NCBI GenBank assembly: GCA_963775055.1
Contig: CAVZHK010000013.1
Location: 424,249-488,248, forward strand
Reading direction: 5' to 3'
DNA: 64,000 nucleotides
Source: an uncultured Acidimicrobiaceae bacterium
GTDB taxonomy: Bacteria; Actinomycetota; Acidimicrobiia; Acidimicrobiales; CAIXPF01
Each line of letters opens with the position of its first letter. Position 1 is the first letter of the stretch. Position numbers and translations under genes: made by a program. Shown here piece after piece: positions 19,475 to 30,239 of this stretch. The notes beneath the pieces were generated by a model, which was given only the letters and a program-made list of their open reading frames with translations, did not search any database and had not been told where the DNA came from.

Positions 19475-20665
19475 TCAGGCCAGCAATTTGGCCCGCACCG
19501 GTGGCGGGATGAAGAACCAGCCGTGGGCCTCGGGGCTGTAGAGCTGGGTGTCCAACTCGGGCTGGCGACGCGCCACCGTGGGATCGAGCCCCTTGGTGGC
19601 CATGGCGAAGGTCCAGAACGCCCCGGGGTAGGTGGCGATTGAACCCCACAACAGCTCGGTGCGGGCGAAGCGCCGGGACAACGTGGCGTAGCACTGTCGC
19701 ACCGTTTGGGGGTGGAAGTGCACCGACTCGGTCTGAGCCACCACGATGCCGTCCTGGCGCAGGGCCCGTTCGCACAACGCGTAGAACGGGTCCTCGAAGA
19801 GCCTGGCCGCTTGGCCGATGGGATCGGTCAGATCCACGAGGATCACGTCGAGCTCATTGTCGAACTCGGCGATGGTGGCGAAGGCGTCGGCCGGGCGGAC
19901 CTCGACCCGGGGATCGGCCAGCGCCGCCGCCGCGACCGGGTAGTGCTTGCGAGCGGTTTCGATGACGTCCTCGTCCAGCTCCAGCAGGTACACCTTCTCC
20001 ACGGTGTCGTGCTTGAGGGCCTCAGCCACGATGAAGGCGTCACCGCCGCCGACCACCGCCACCACCTTGGGGCAGGGATGGGCGACCATGGCCGGGTGGG
20101 TCAGCACCTCGTGATACACGTAGGTGTCCACGTCGGTCATCTGAATGATCCCGTCGAGAGCCAGCACCTTGCCGGCCGTGGGATGTTCGAACAGCAGGAG
20201 ATCCTGATATTGGGTTCGGCGTTCCTCGAGCACCCGTGCCATGGGATAGCTGGCCTGGTAGATGCTCTGAGGTTCCTGTTCTCGGAACAGGCCGAACGTC
20301 GCCTCTTCGGGACTGGTACCTCGAACCATCTGATGCCTCACGATCCGTTGGGGCTCGTACGCCTCTTTCAGCACGCCGAAGATGGCGTCAACGTCGACAT
20401 GATCACCGCAGGTGAAGTAGTCGATCGCTGCGTAGCCCAACTCCGGCCAAGTGTGGATCGACAGATGGCTCTCCGCGATCACTGCCACCGCCGACACGCC
20501 CTGGGGACTGAACTGGTGGACCACCAGTTGCACCAAGGTCGCTCGGCCGGCCTCGACTGCTTGTCGAAAGGCCCGTTCGGTCAGATCCGGCGAATCGAGG
20601 TTCGTAGCCCCCCAGAATTCGCAGATCGTGTGCTGACCCAATCCAGTTCCGACGTTCTCTGCCAA
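19475..20665 (-). CDS. fused S-adenosylmethionine decarboxylase (SpeH-type proenzyme) and spermidine synthase (SpeE)
   Basis: The N-terminal ~120 aa has the pyruvoyl self-processing site VIAESHLSIHTWPELGYAAIDYFTCG. The remaining part has LALDGIIQ, YHEVLTHP and VVGGGDAFIVAEAL, typical of aminopropyltransferases. Single uninterrupted 396-aa ORF. Confidence 0.88.
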   Translation of the reverse strand: MAENVGTGLGQHTICEFWGATNLDSPDLTERAFRQAVEAGRATLVQLVVHQFSPQGVSAVAVIAESHLSIHTWPELGYAAIDYFTCGDHVDVDAIFGVLKEAYEPQRIVRHQMVRGTSPEEATFGLFREQEPQSIYQASYPMARVLEERRTQYQDLLLFEHPTAGKVLALDGIIQMTDVDTYVYHEVLTHPAMVAHPCPKVVAVVGGGDAFIVAEALKHDTVEKVYLLELDEDVIETARKHYPVAAAALADPRVEVRPADAFATIAEFDNELDVILVDLTDPIGQAARLFEDPFYALCERALRQDGIVVAQTESVHFHPQTVRQCYATLSRRFARTELLWGSIATYPGAFWTFAMATKGLDPTVARRQPELDTQLYSPEAHGWFFIPPPVRAKLLA

Positions 20666-20934
20666 CTATCACCCTCTCCCTGCGCTCGCCCGGTTCGTCT
20701 CTGGGCGCGGAGGGGGCAACGTACTCGATGCCGGGTGATATTCCTCATCCCCCCGATTTGATTTCCCGGAACTTTCCCGTCTCGGGACCCGATTCGGAGG
20801 GATTGGCCACGGACAGGGACATACTGACCACGATCATTGAGGGTGCTCGCGGAAGGGCGCCGTCACAGCATCGGCACGGCGGATGGTTCGGAACGGAGCC
20901 GGCGGCTCCTGAGCAAGAAGGTCGAAGGCGGCTC

Positions 20935-21318
20935 GTGACTCTTTCCAATCGAGGGTTCCGTGAACCCAGTTACTTCGTCCTGGCCTCGCTGCTGGAGGGC
21001 CCGCGGCACGGCTACGGGATCATCAAACAGGCAGCGGTGCTCTCAGAGGGGGCAGTTCGGTTGGCGCCGGGCACGCTCTACGGCGCGCTTGAACGGCTGA
21101 CGGAATCTGCGCTCATCGAGGCCTGCGGGCAGGAAGTGGTGTCGGGTCGCCCCCGCCACTACTACCGCCTGACAGACTTGGGTCGTCAGAGCCTGGTTTT
21201 CGAAGCGCTTCGCCTGGCCCAAGCAGCGCGCGCCGTGCTCGATCAGACCCGGGTCATAGCGCTCGAAGATTCACCGGGTTTGAACAGCGGCCTCGAGGTG
21301 CCGGCTTTCACCGCGTGA
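20935..21318 (+). CDS. PadR-family transcriptional regulator
   Basis: YFVLASLLEGPRHGYGIIKQ...GTLYGALERL...RHYYRLTDLG winged-helix pattern. GTG 20935 chosen; the ORF opens at 20728, so the start is uncertain. Confidence 0.75.
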   Translation: MTLSNRGFREPSYFVLASLLEGPRHGYGIIKQAAVLSEGAVRLAPGTLYGALERLTESALIEACGQEVVSGRPRHYYRLTDLGRQSLVFEALRLAQAARAVLDQTRVIALEDSPGLNSGLEVPAFTA

Positions 21319-22207
21319 GGAGGGTCACGGCCACCCAGCCGCCGCTGTCGAACCCCTCGATGGGCTCGCGGAGCCGCTCAGCCATGCGGGCGCCGAGACC
21401 GAGGTAGGCGGCAACCACGTCATCGACGCGCTCGTCGAGGAACCCCGAGAGGATCAGCGCATGGCCCCACGACACCAGCCGGGGTGCCAACTCGATGAGG
21501 GTGTTGGCGCCGATGTTCGCCACCACGACATCAAATCGGGTGGGTCCGTGCGAGCGATCCGGCAGGGCTGCCAGGACCGTGGCGACCACCGCGTTGCGGG
21601 CGAGGTTCTCCGCCGTGGCGCGCCGGGCTTCAGCGTCGATGTCCACCGCCACGACGCGCTGGGCGCCAAGGCGGGCGGCAGCCACGGACAGCACCCCGCT
21701 GCCGCACCCCACATCGAGCACCGACTGGCCCGGACGAAGCACGCTCTCGAGCTGCGCCAACACCAGCCGCGTGGTGGCATGGGCCCCGCTGCCGAAGGAG
21801 CGACCCGGGTCGATGGCGAGGGCCAGATCACCCTCCCCGACGTCATTCGGCCCGGGTGATAACCACGGAGGGTGAACAATGAGGTGGCGACCGGCGCGGT
21901 TGGATCGAGCGAAGGCCCGCCATCCGTCGAACCACGTTTCAGCGGGAACGTCGACCAACGCCGCCGCCACAACGGCACGATCGGCCAATCGCGCCAGCGC
22001 AGCCCAGGCTACGGAGCGGTTCGGAAAGCCGCTCAGCAGGACGATCGGGCCGGGCCGGCAGCCCTGTTCCTCTACGCCGGTGGCGCCGCCGTCGAACAGC
22101 TCAGTGATCAAGAGTTCGATCTCCGCCCTGGCGGTGGCGTCACCAGCCAGGTCCAGCCGCACCAGCACGGGGCGATCATCGTCGCCCTCCGTGAGGTTGG
22201 TGTGCAC
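21308..22207 (-). CDS. prmA: ribosomal protein L11 methyltransferase
   Basis: IDPGRSFGSGAHATTRL and LDVGCGSGVLSVAAARLGA motifs. Confidence 0.88.
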   Translation of the reverse strand: MHTNLTEGDDDRPVLVRLDLAGDATARAEIELLITELFDGGATGVEEQGCRPGPIVLLSGFPNRSVAWAALARLADRAVVAAALVDVPAETWFDGWRAFARSNRAGRHLIVHPPWLSPGPNDVGEGDLALAIDPGRSFGSGAHATTRLVLAQLESVLRPGQSVLDVGCGSGVLSVAAARLGAQRVVAVDIDAEARRATAENLARNAVVATVLAALPDRSHGPTRFDVVVANIGANTLIELAPRLVSWGHALILSGFLDERVDDVVAAYLGLGARMAERLREPIEGFDSGGWVAVTLLTR

Positions 22208-22286
22208 ACCTGGAGGCTAGGGCCATATCCCCACTGACCAGCGGACCGCGGGCTACTCAAAATGGGCGAGACCAAGGAGGTCCCAC

Positions 22287-22580
22287 GTGCTCGACCCAGA
22301 GCTGTTGTCCGGACTGGAAGAAGCCGTGGAGGCCGCCCCCGACAACCGGAAGCTGCACCTGCACCTCATTGCGCTGCTGCTCTCCGGTGGGCTGAGCGAC
22401 CGGGCCCTCGGGCACGCCCAATGGCTTCTGCTGCATGAGCCCGACAACCATGATGCGTTGCTGCTGGCGGCGCAGGCCGCAGAGGGCATCGAGGACGATG
22501 AGCGGGCCGAGCGCTATCGGCGGGTTGCGGAAGCCCTTTCCCGCATGAATGAGCGGGCCTCGTCCGACCCCATCGTCTGA
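22287..22580 (+). CDS. small TPR-like helical protein, hypothetical
   Basis: 97-aa ORF with helical repeat character (LHLHLIALLLSGGLSDRALGHAQWLLLHEPDNHDALLLAAQA). No family assigned. Confidence 0.45.
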   Translation: MLDPELLSGLEEAVEAAPDNRKLHLHLIALLLSGGLSDRALGHAQWLLLHEPDNHDALLLAAQAAEGIEDDERAERYRRVAEALSRMNERASSDPIV

Positions 22581-22614
22581 CCCCCCTGCCTGGTCGCCGG
22601 CCGACTAGCCTCCC

Positions 22615-22649
22615 GCAACGCCCGGTTCGCGCTGTCGAGCCGGGCGTTG
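22615..22649 (+). terminator. GC-rich hairpin downstream of the TPR-like ORF (possible terminator/attenuator)
   Basis: caacgcccgg (22616-22625) pairs with ccgggcgttg (22640-22649), with a 14-nt loop. No clear U-tract follows. Confidence 0.3.
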
Positions 22650-22685
22650 TCCGTGTCAGCGACAGGGCTCAGCAACAGGGGGAAG

Positions 22686-23482
22686 ATGCACATGTCCGAC
22701 GAAGCCGTGCTTTACGAGGTCTCAGAGGGCATCGCCACCCTCACCCTCAACCGTCCGGAGAGGCTGAACGCCTGGAACGGCGCCATCGGCCATCTCTACT
22801 GGACCCATCTGGATGCCGCCGCCGCGGATCCCGAGGTGAAGGTCATCATCGTGACCGGCGCCGGTCGGGGTTTTGCGCCGGGGCGGATATGGACGTGCTG
22901 CAGGGCATCGGTGCCAAGGGTGCAGTTGAAGATCGCGGCCCCCGCCGTGACGAGCACCAGACCTACACCCTGTCCATCCCCAAGCCGGTCATCGCCGTGA
23001 TCAACGGCTCCTGTGCCGGGCTGGGCCTGGTCCAAGCGGTCATGGCCGACGTGCGCTTCGCCGCCGCCGGAGCCAAGTTCACGACCGCGTTCTCCCGGCG
23101 CGGACTCATCGCCGAGCACGGCGTGGGTTGGGTCATGCCCAAGCTGGTGGGCCCGTCCCGGGCACTGGACCTGCTGATGTCGGCCCGGGTGTTCCTGGCC
23201 GAAGAAGCCCTGGAGATGGGCCTGGTCAACGGCGTGTTTCCCGGCGACCAGCTGATGGAGCAGGCCCGGACGTACGCCAAGGACCTGGCACGCAACGTGT
23301 CGCCCACCTCGATGGCGGTCATCAAGAAGCAGGTCTGGCAGGGCGTGGCGCAGGACATGGCGACCAGCAATGCCCACTCTGACCAGGTCATGCGGGAGTC
23401 ACTCAAGCGCAATGACTTCAAAGAGGGCGTGTCCAGCTTCCTCGAGAAGCGCCCACCGAGTTTCGCCCCGCTGCAGCCCTGA
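22686..23482 (+). pseudogene. enoyl-CoA hydratase/isomerase (crotonase) with a 1-nt frameshift in a T-run at 22871-22874
   Basis: The N-part reads LTLNRPERLNAW...IIVTGAGRGF. Reading GFCAGADMDVLQ needs one extra T in ggttttgcgcc. The C-part (ORF 22889..23482) continues as a typical crotonase: PVIAVINGSCAGLGL. Confidence 0.8.
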
Positions 23483-23559
23483 ATCGACCGAGGTATGGCG
23501 AACAGAGTTATGTGAGTCCCTGACCACGGAAAGGGTGCGAGGCTCGATAGGTTGCCTCC

Positions 23560-24549
23560 ATGGGAGCGGGTGGAATTTGGCGGGTTGGTGGGACCGGCGT
23601 TCGTCCACGATGGCTCCCGGTCGCGGGGGTGGCCATTGTCGCCGTGCTCCTGGCCGGGTGTAGCGGCGACAGAACGCTGGACCCGTCGGCCAGCTCGGGC
23701 ATCACCCAGCTCACAAGCGGGACCGATCCGAAGACCACGTCCACCAACGGTCCCATCGGCACCACCGTCAATTCCGGCTCCTCGACGTCCGCGTCGACGT
23801 CGGCGCCACCACGCAGCAGTGCCATCCGGGTGATGGCCTTAGGTGACTCCTTGACTGCTGGGGGTGACCCTTCTCGCCCGGCCGAGGCCCAGAGCTACCG
23901 GGGTTACCTGGAGGCCAGCCTAGAGGCGTCCGGGTACCAGGTGGACTTCGTGGGTTCGATGAAACAAGCCGCCATTGGCGGTACCGACCCTGACCACGAG
24001 GGCCACGGGGGCTTCAGCATCGGGCCGGACAAGGCCAAGCTCTGCGCCAAGGATGCGACCTGCCCGCCCTCGAACCTGGACTCCGGCCTGGCCGGCTGGC
24101 TGGCGGACGCGGACCCCGAGGTGATCGTGCTGTTGGCGGGGGTCAACGATCTGCTGCCCGAGGATGGCGCCGTCTACCGACCGACTGATCCCTCCGAGGC
24201 TGGCACCAAGCTGAAGGTTCTCATCGCCAGGATCCGCCAACTGCAGCCCGACGCCCGGGTGGTGGTGGGTTCCTATCCGCCCATCTCGTTCATGGTGACT
24301 GGATCGGCGAAGGGGCAGGCGGACTTCGCGGCCCTGAACGCGGCGGCCAAGTCGGCCGGCTCGGGTGCTGACAAGCAGGTGGTGTACGCCCCCGTGCTCG
24401 AGACGCTCGACGGCAAGTGGGGCGATGCGGACGTCGTCAGTGCGTCCGACCAGGTTCACCCCAGGGACACGGGAGCGAAGAAGGTTGCCGCGGTCTTCCA
24501 CCAGGCCATGGTCCCGGTGCTCGACACCCTGCCGCCCCAGGGGCGGTGA
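23560..24549 (+). CDS. SGNH/GDSL-family hydrolase lipoprotein
   Basis: Lipobox VLLAGC, block I IRVMALGDSLTAGG, block V DQVHPRDTG. Confidence 0.85.
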   Translation: MGAGGIWRVGGTGVRPRWLPVAGVAIVAVLLAGCSGDRTLDPSASSGITQLTSGTDPKTTSTNGPIGTTVNSGSSTSASTSAPPRSSAIRVMALGDSLTAGGDPSRPAEAQSYRGYLEASLEASGYQVDFVGSMKQAAIGGTDPDHEGHGGFSIGPDKAKLCAKDATCPPSNLDSGLAGWLADADPEVIVLLAGVNDLLPEDGAVYRPTDPSEAGTKLKVLIARIRQLQPDARVVVGSYPPISFMVTGSAKGQADFAALNAAAKSAGSGADKQVVYAPVLETLDGKWGDADVVSASDQVHPRDTGAKKVAAVFHQAMVPVLDTLPPQGR

Positions 24550-24657
24550 CGCAGCGCTGCGGGCGCTGAAAGGGCGGCGGCCCCGCCGACACCCTTGGCG
24601 CCGTTGCACCCGGCATCCCGCGTAGCGTGGAAGGTCACCGTGTGACAGGAGGATGCC

Positions 24658-26421
24658 GTGAGCGACACCGGCCCCCATGGTCCCCCCATCGGGGGTGCCC
24701 ACCAGCCGGGCTGGCCGTCGGGTTCCCCCGGCGGCGGCTCCGGACAACATGCCCCGGGCCCGCCGGTCCAGGCCGCGGGCCCACCGCCCTTTCCCCCCCA
24801 GTATCCGAGCCCCGGTCCCGGCTACCCCTACCCCGCGCCGCCCGGCCACCCACAAGGCTTCGGAGGTCAGCCCGCCGGTCCTCCGCCGGGATTCGGTCCT
24901 CCGCCCGGATTCGGTGCGCCGCCGCCGGGATTCGGTCCGCCGGGGCCGTGGGGACCACCGCCCCAGCAGCCCGGGCCGCCCCAGCCGCCAAAACGGTCCA
25001 AGGCGCCCTTGATCATCGGCCTGGTGGTGGTGGTCGCCGTGGTGGGCCTGGTGGCGGCGGTGGCTGCGGTACTGCTCGACGGGCGTGACGAGAAGGACAC
25101 AGCCAACGGGCCGGTTCGCACCCAGGAGCGATCGGTGGCCTCCTCGGAGGAGAAACGGCCTGACCGCACCGTGACGGAGCGTGACGACAACGAGGTGGTG
25201 TTTGACGCCCTGGCGGAGATCCAGGCGTTCTGGGCGGACACCTACCCACAGATCTACCGGGAGCCCTACGCGCCTATCGAAGGTGGGTTCCATCCGTACA
25301 ACGAGGACAGCGACCTGCCGCCGTGCCCCGGGGTCGAGACCTACGACGACGTGGCTGCCAACGCCTTCTACTGCCCCGAGGCGGACCTCATCGCCTGGGA
25401 CGAGGGCCTGATCGGGTTTCTGCGCACCGACTATGGCGAGCTGACCATCGGCATGGTGATGGCCCATGAGATCGGCCACGCCATCCAGCCCCGCGCCGAG
25501 TTCGCAGGTCAACGCACCGTGACCATTGAGCAGCAGGCCGATTGTTTCGCCGGGGCCTGGGTGCGGTCCATCGCGGATGGGGCCGACAGCGACTTCGGCG
25601 TGCGCCCCGCAGACCTCGACGCCGCCCTGGCCGGGGTGCTGCTGCTGAGGGACCCTCTCGGCGTCGATCCCAACGACCCCGATTCCCACGGATCCGCCTT
25701 CGACCGGGTGTTGGCGGTCAAGGAGGGTTTCGACAGCGGCGCCGGTGCTTGCGCCAACTACAGCGACGACAGCGTGGCCGCTCGCCTGGTGCAGTTCCCC
25801 TTCACCACCAACGAGGATCTGCAGACCGGCGGCAACCTTCCCCTGTCCGAGATCCAGGACCTCGCGGTCACGGACCTGGAGCACTTCTGGACCATCGTGT
25901 TCCAAGAAGCCGGCCGCGAGTGGGACCCCGTCGATGGCGCCATCCCCTTCGACCCCAACCGAAAGGGCAGCCTGCCCGCTTGCGACGGCGAGGTGGATGA
26001 CCCCGACGCCTACGTCGGGGTGGCGTTCTACTGCGAGGCCGATGACTTCGTCGCCTGGGACGCGGCGGTACTGGCCCCGGAGCTGTACGAGAACGGTGGG
26101 GACTTCGCGGTGGCCACCGTGATTGGTGAGCAGTACTCCCAGGCCGCGGAGTTCCGCCTGGGCGCCACCGGGGAGTTCCTGGAACGGTCCCTGCAGGCCG
26201 CCTGTTATACCGGCACCTGGGCCGCCAGCCTGTTCCTGGAGAACCGGCCCGAGGCGCAGCTGGTCCTGTCGCCGGGGGATCTGGACGAGGCGGTGTTGGC
26301 CATGTTGACCCTCGGTGACCCACCCAACGTGGTCGAAGCGGGCGACGCCACCCGGGGCAGTGGCTTTCAGCGGGTGGGGGCGTTTCAGAACGGCTTTCTC
26401 AACGGCACCGACGCCTGCTAG
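24658..26421 (+). CDS. membrane-anchored neutral zinc metallopeptidase-like protein with Pro-rich N-terminus
   Basis: About 110 aa of Pro/Gly-rich repeats (PPGFGPPPGFGAPPPGFGPPGP), one TM helix, then the HExxH motif MVMAHEIGHAIQ. A second, HExxH-less copy of the same module follows. Confidence 0.7.
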   Translation: MSDTGPHGPPIGGAHQPGWPSGSPGGGSGQHAPGPPVQAAGPPPFPPQYPSPGPGYPYPAPPGHPQGFGGQPAGPPPGFGPPPGFGAPPPGFGPPGPWGPPPQQPGPPQPPKRSKAPLIIGLVVVVAVVGLVAAVAAVLLDGRDEKDTANGPVRTQERSVASSEEKRPDRTVTERDDNEVVFDALAEIQAFWADTYPQIYREPYAPIEGGFHPYNEDSDLPPCPGVETYDDVAANAFYCPEADLIAWDEGLIGFLRTDYGELTIGMVMAHEIGHAIQPRAEFAGQRTVTIEQQADCFAGAWVRSIADGADSDFGVRPADLDAALAGVLLLRDPLGVDPNDPDSHGSAFDRVLAVKEGFDSGAGACANYSDDSVAARLVQFPFTTNEDLQTGGNLPLSEIQDLAVTDLEHFWTIVFQEAGREWDPVDGAIPFDPNRKGSLPACDGEVDDPDAYVGVAFYCEADDFVAWDAAVLAPELYENGGDFAVATVIGEQYSQAAEFRLGATGEFLERSLQAACYTGTWAASLFLENRPEAQLVLSPGDLDEAVLAMLTLGDPPNVVEAGDATRGSGFQRVGAFQNGFLNGTDAC

Positions 26422-26505
26422 GTGCTGTCGGGGGCGCCAGCTGCAGAGTTGGTTAGGTCGAACTGCCCGTCCCGCCTTGCCAAAGGCCTGCCCCCGGTGC
26501 TGTAC

Positions 26506-28280
<1,775 letters not shown>

Positions 28281-28319
28281 GCCAGGGTTCCAGCCCGGGC
28301 GTACCACAAACAGACAAGA

Positions 28320-28349
28320 CCGGGGGCGTCCTTCGCGGGGCGCCCCCGG
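28320..28349 (+). terminator. hairpin downstream of groEL
   Basis: ccgggggcg (28320-28328) pairs with cgcccccgg (28341-28349), with a 12-nt loop, about 40 nt after the groEL stop. Confidence 0.5.
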
Positions 28350-28460
28350 GCGCGTCTTGGTGGAGGGTGAAGGTGGCGGCAACACTGTGGTCAGCCGCAA
28401 CCGTCTGTTCATGGGCCTGATCTCCCGCCCGGGCCGCGTTGTGCCAGGATTTTCCCCGGT

Positions 28461-29294
28461 ATGAGCACGGCCAAATTCGACAGCGATGACGGCACCAACA
28501 GCAGCATCATGATCGACACCCCTCCTGACACCGCCACCCCGCCACCCGAACGAGCCGTGGTGGACCCGGCGCTGTCCTTCGAGCACGTGTCCATGACCTT
28601 CCCCGACGGCACTCACGCCCTGCAGGACGTGTCCCTGACCGTGAGCCGGGGGGAGTTCGTGACGGTGGTGGGCCCCTCCGGTTGTGGCAAGTCCACCCTG
28701 TTGCGCATCGCCTCGGGCCTGCTGGCGGGTTCCACCGGTCGGTTCACGCTGGCCGATCCCAACATCGGCTACGTGTTCCAAGACGCCACCCTGCTGCCGT
28801 GGCGCACAGTGGTCAAGAACGTGGAGCTGTTCGCCGAACTGCACGGGGTCGAGCGCGACGAGCGGGTGCGGCGGGCCCGGGAGGCCGTGGCGTTGGTCGG
28901 TCTGGGCGGCTTCGAGCAGAGCTACCCTCGGCGACTGTCGGGCGGCATGCGGATGCGGGCCTCCCTCGCCCGGTCTTTGACGCTGCACCCGCCCCTGTTC
29001 TTTTTCGACGAACCGTTCGGCGCACTGGACGAGATAACCCGGGAGAACCTCAACGAGGAACTGTTGCGGCTGTTCGTGGCTGAAGGGTTCGGGGCGTTGT
29101 TCATCACCCACTCCATCACCGAGGCGGTCTACCTCTCCACCCGGGTACTGGTGATGTCCTCCCGGCCCGGACGGTTGGTGGCATCCTTCGACGTGCCCTT
29201 CGGCTACCCCCGCCACCCTGATCTGCGCTTCGAAGCGCCCTTCGCCGAGCTCGCCGGTCGGGTGTCTCACGCGTTGCGGGAGGCGCATTCGTGA
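28461..29294 (+). CDS. ABC transporter ATP-binding protein (NitT/TauT nitrate/sulfonate/bicarbonate family)
   Basis: Walker [10 protein letters not shown], signature LSGGMRMR, Walker [13 protein letters not shown]. Confidence 0.88.
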   Translation: MSTAKFDSDDGTNSSIMIDTPPDTATPPPERAVVDPALSFEHVSMTFPDGTHALQDVSLTVSRGEFVTVVGPSGCGKSTLLRIASGLLAGSTGRFTLADPNIGYVFQDATLLPWRTVVKNVELFAELHGVERDERVRRAREAVALVGLGGFEQSYPRRLSGGMRMRASLARSLTLHPPLFFFDEPFGALDEITRENLNEELLRLFVAEGFGALFITHSITEAVYLSTRVLVMSSRPGRLVASFDVPFGYPRHPDLRFEAPFAELAGRVSHALREAHS

Positions 29295-30160
29295 CCGTCG
29301 TTGTGCAAGACGTCGAGAGCCTGGAAGGAGTGGAGCGGGTGGCTCCCGCCCGGCCCGCGACGCGACGGTCCCGGCTGGAGCGCCTCGGTCCGGTCGCGGT
29401 GTTCGGCCTGTTCATCGGGCTGTGGTACCTGATCTCGCTGTGGGCCATCGAAGCGGTCTTCAACAAGCCCAAGTTCCTGGTGCCGCCGCCGCATGAGGTC
29501 CTCTACGAGAGCTACCTCGAAAACGCCAAGGTGCGCGGCGAGATGTTGGGCGGGGTGTGGCTGTCCGCCCAGGTGGCGTTCATCGGGCTGAGCATCGCCA
29601 TCGTGCTGGGGATGTCCCTGGCGGTGCTGATGAGCCGGGCCCGCTGGATCGAGCGGTCGCTGTTCCCCTACGCCGTGGTGTTGCAGGCCACCCCGATCCT
29701 GGCCTTCGTGCCGTTGATCAGTTCCTTCCTGGGCTTCAACCGCACCTCCCGGATCTTCGTGTGCGTGGTCATCTCGCTCTTCCCGATCATCGCCAACACG
29801 CTGTTCGGTTTGCTCTCCGCCGACGCCGGCCAGCACGACCTGTTCACCTTGCACGGTGCCGGCCGGTTCAAGCGGCTGGTCAAACTGCAACTGCCCGCCG
29901 CCATGCCGTCGATCTTCACCGGGTTCCGGATCTCCGCCGGGCTGTCCGTGATCGGCGCGGTGGTGGGCGACTTCTTCTTTCGTCAGGGCGAGGCCGGCAT
30001 CGGTCGACTGATCGATGTGTACCGCTCACGGGATGACAACCCGGAGATGTACGGTGCGGTGATCCTGGCCGGCCTGCTGGGCATCAGCGTGTTTTGGCTG
30101 TTCGGGCTGCTCAACAAGCTCGCCGTTGGTCGATGGCACCAGACCACTGGCCAGAGCTGA
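29291..30160 (+). CDS. ABC transporter permease (NitT/TauT family)
   Basis: Six hydrophobic segments. 4-nt overlap with the ATPase gene. Binding-protein-dependent transport inner-membrane signature region ...LPAAMPSIFTGFRISAG. Confidence 0.82.
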   Translation: MTVVVQDVESLEGVERVAPARPATRRSRLERLGPVAVFGLFIGLWYLISLWAIEAVFNKPKFLVPPPHEVLYESYLENAKVRGEMLGGVWLSAQVAFIGLSIAIVLGMSLAVLMSRARWIERSLFPYAVVLQATPILAFVPLISSFLGFNRTSRIFVCVVISLFPIIANTLFGLLSADAGQHDLFTLHGAGRFKRLVKLQLPAAMPSIFTGFRISAGLSVIGAVVGDFFFRQGEAGIGRLIDVYRSRDDNPEMYGAVILAGLLGISVFWLFGLLNKLAVGRWHQTTGQS

Positions 30161-30239
30161 GATGAACCTCTTCGATCGACAGGAAACCGTGCCGCTCCGA
30201 TCTCCCGGTTGGGGTGGCGCGCGACAACAAGGAGCAAGC

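Noticed and set aside
23920-25905. 661-aa minus-strand ORF, among the longest in the window
   Set aside because: It lies antisense to the SGNH hydrolase and the metallopeptidase genes, both of which have clear motifs. Its composition is Gly/Arg/His/Pro-rich, typical of high-GC shadow frames, and no motif was recognised.
28351-28460. Possible TPP riboswitch upstream of the NMT1/THI5-like ABC transporter (contains CCTGATCT and a following GC hairpin)
   Set aside because: The conserved CUGAGA element and the terminal GCG-nA-GGGA context are absent, and the 5' half does not match the TPP aptamer consensus. I do not call it a riboswitch.
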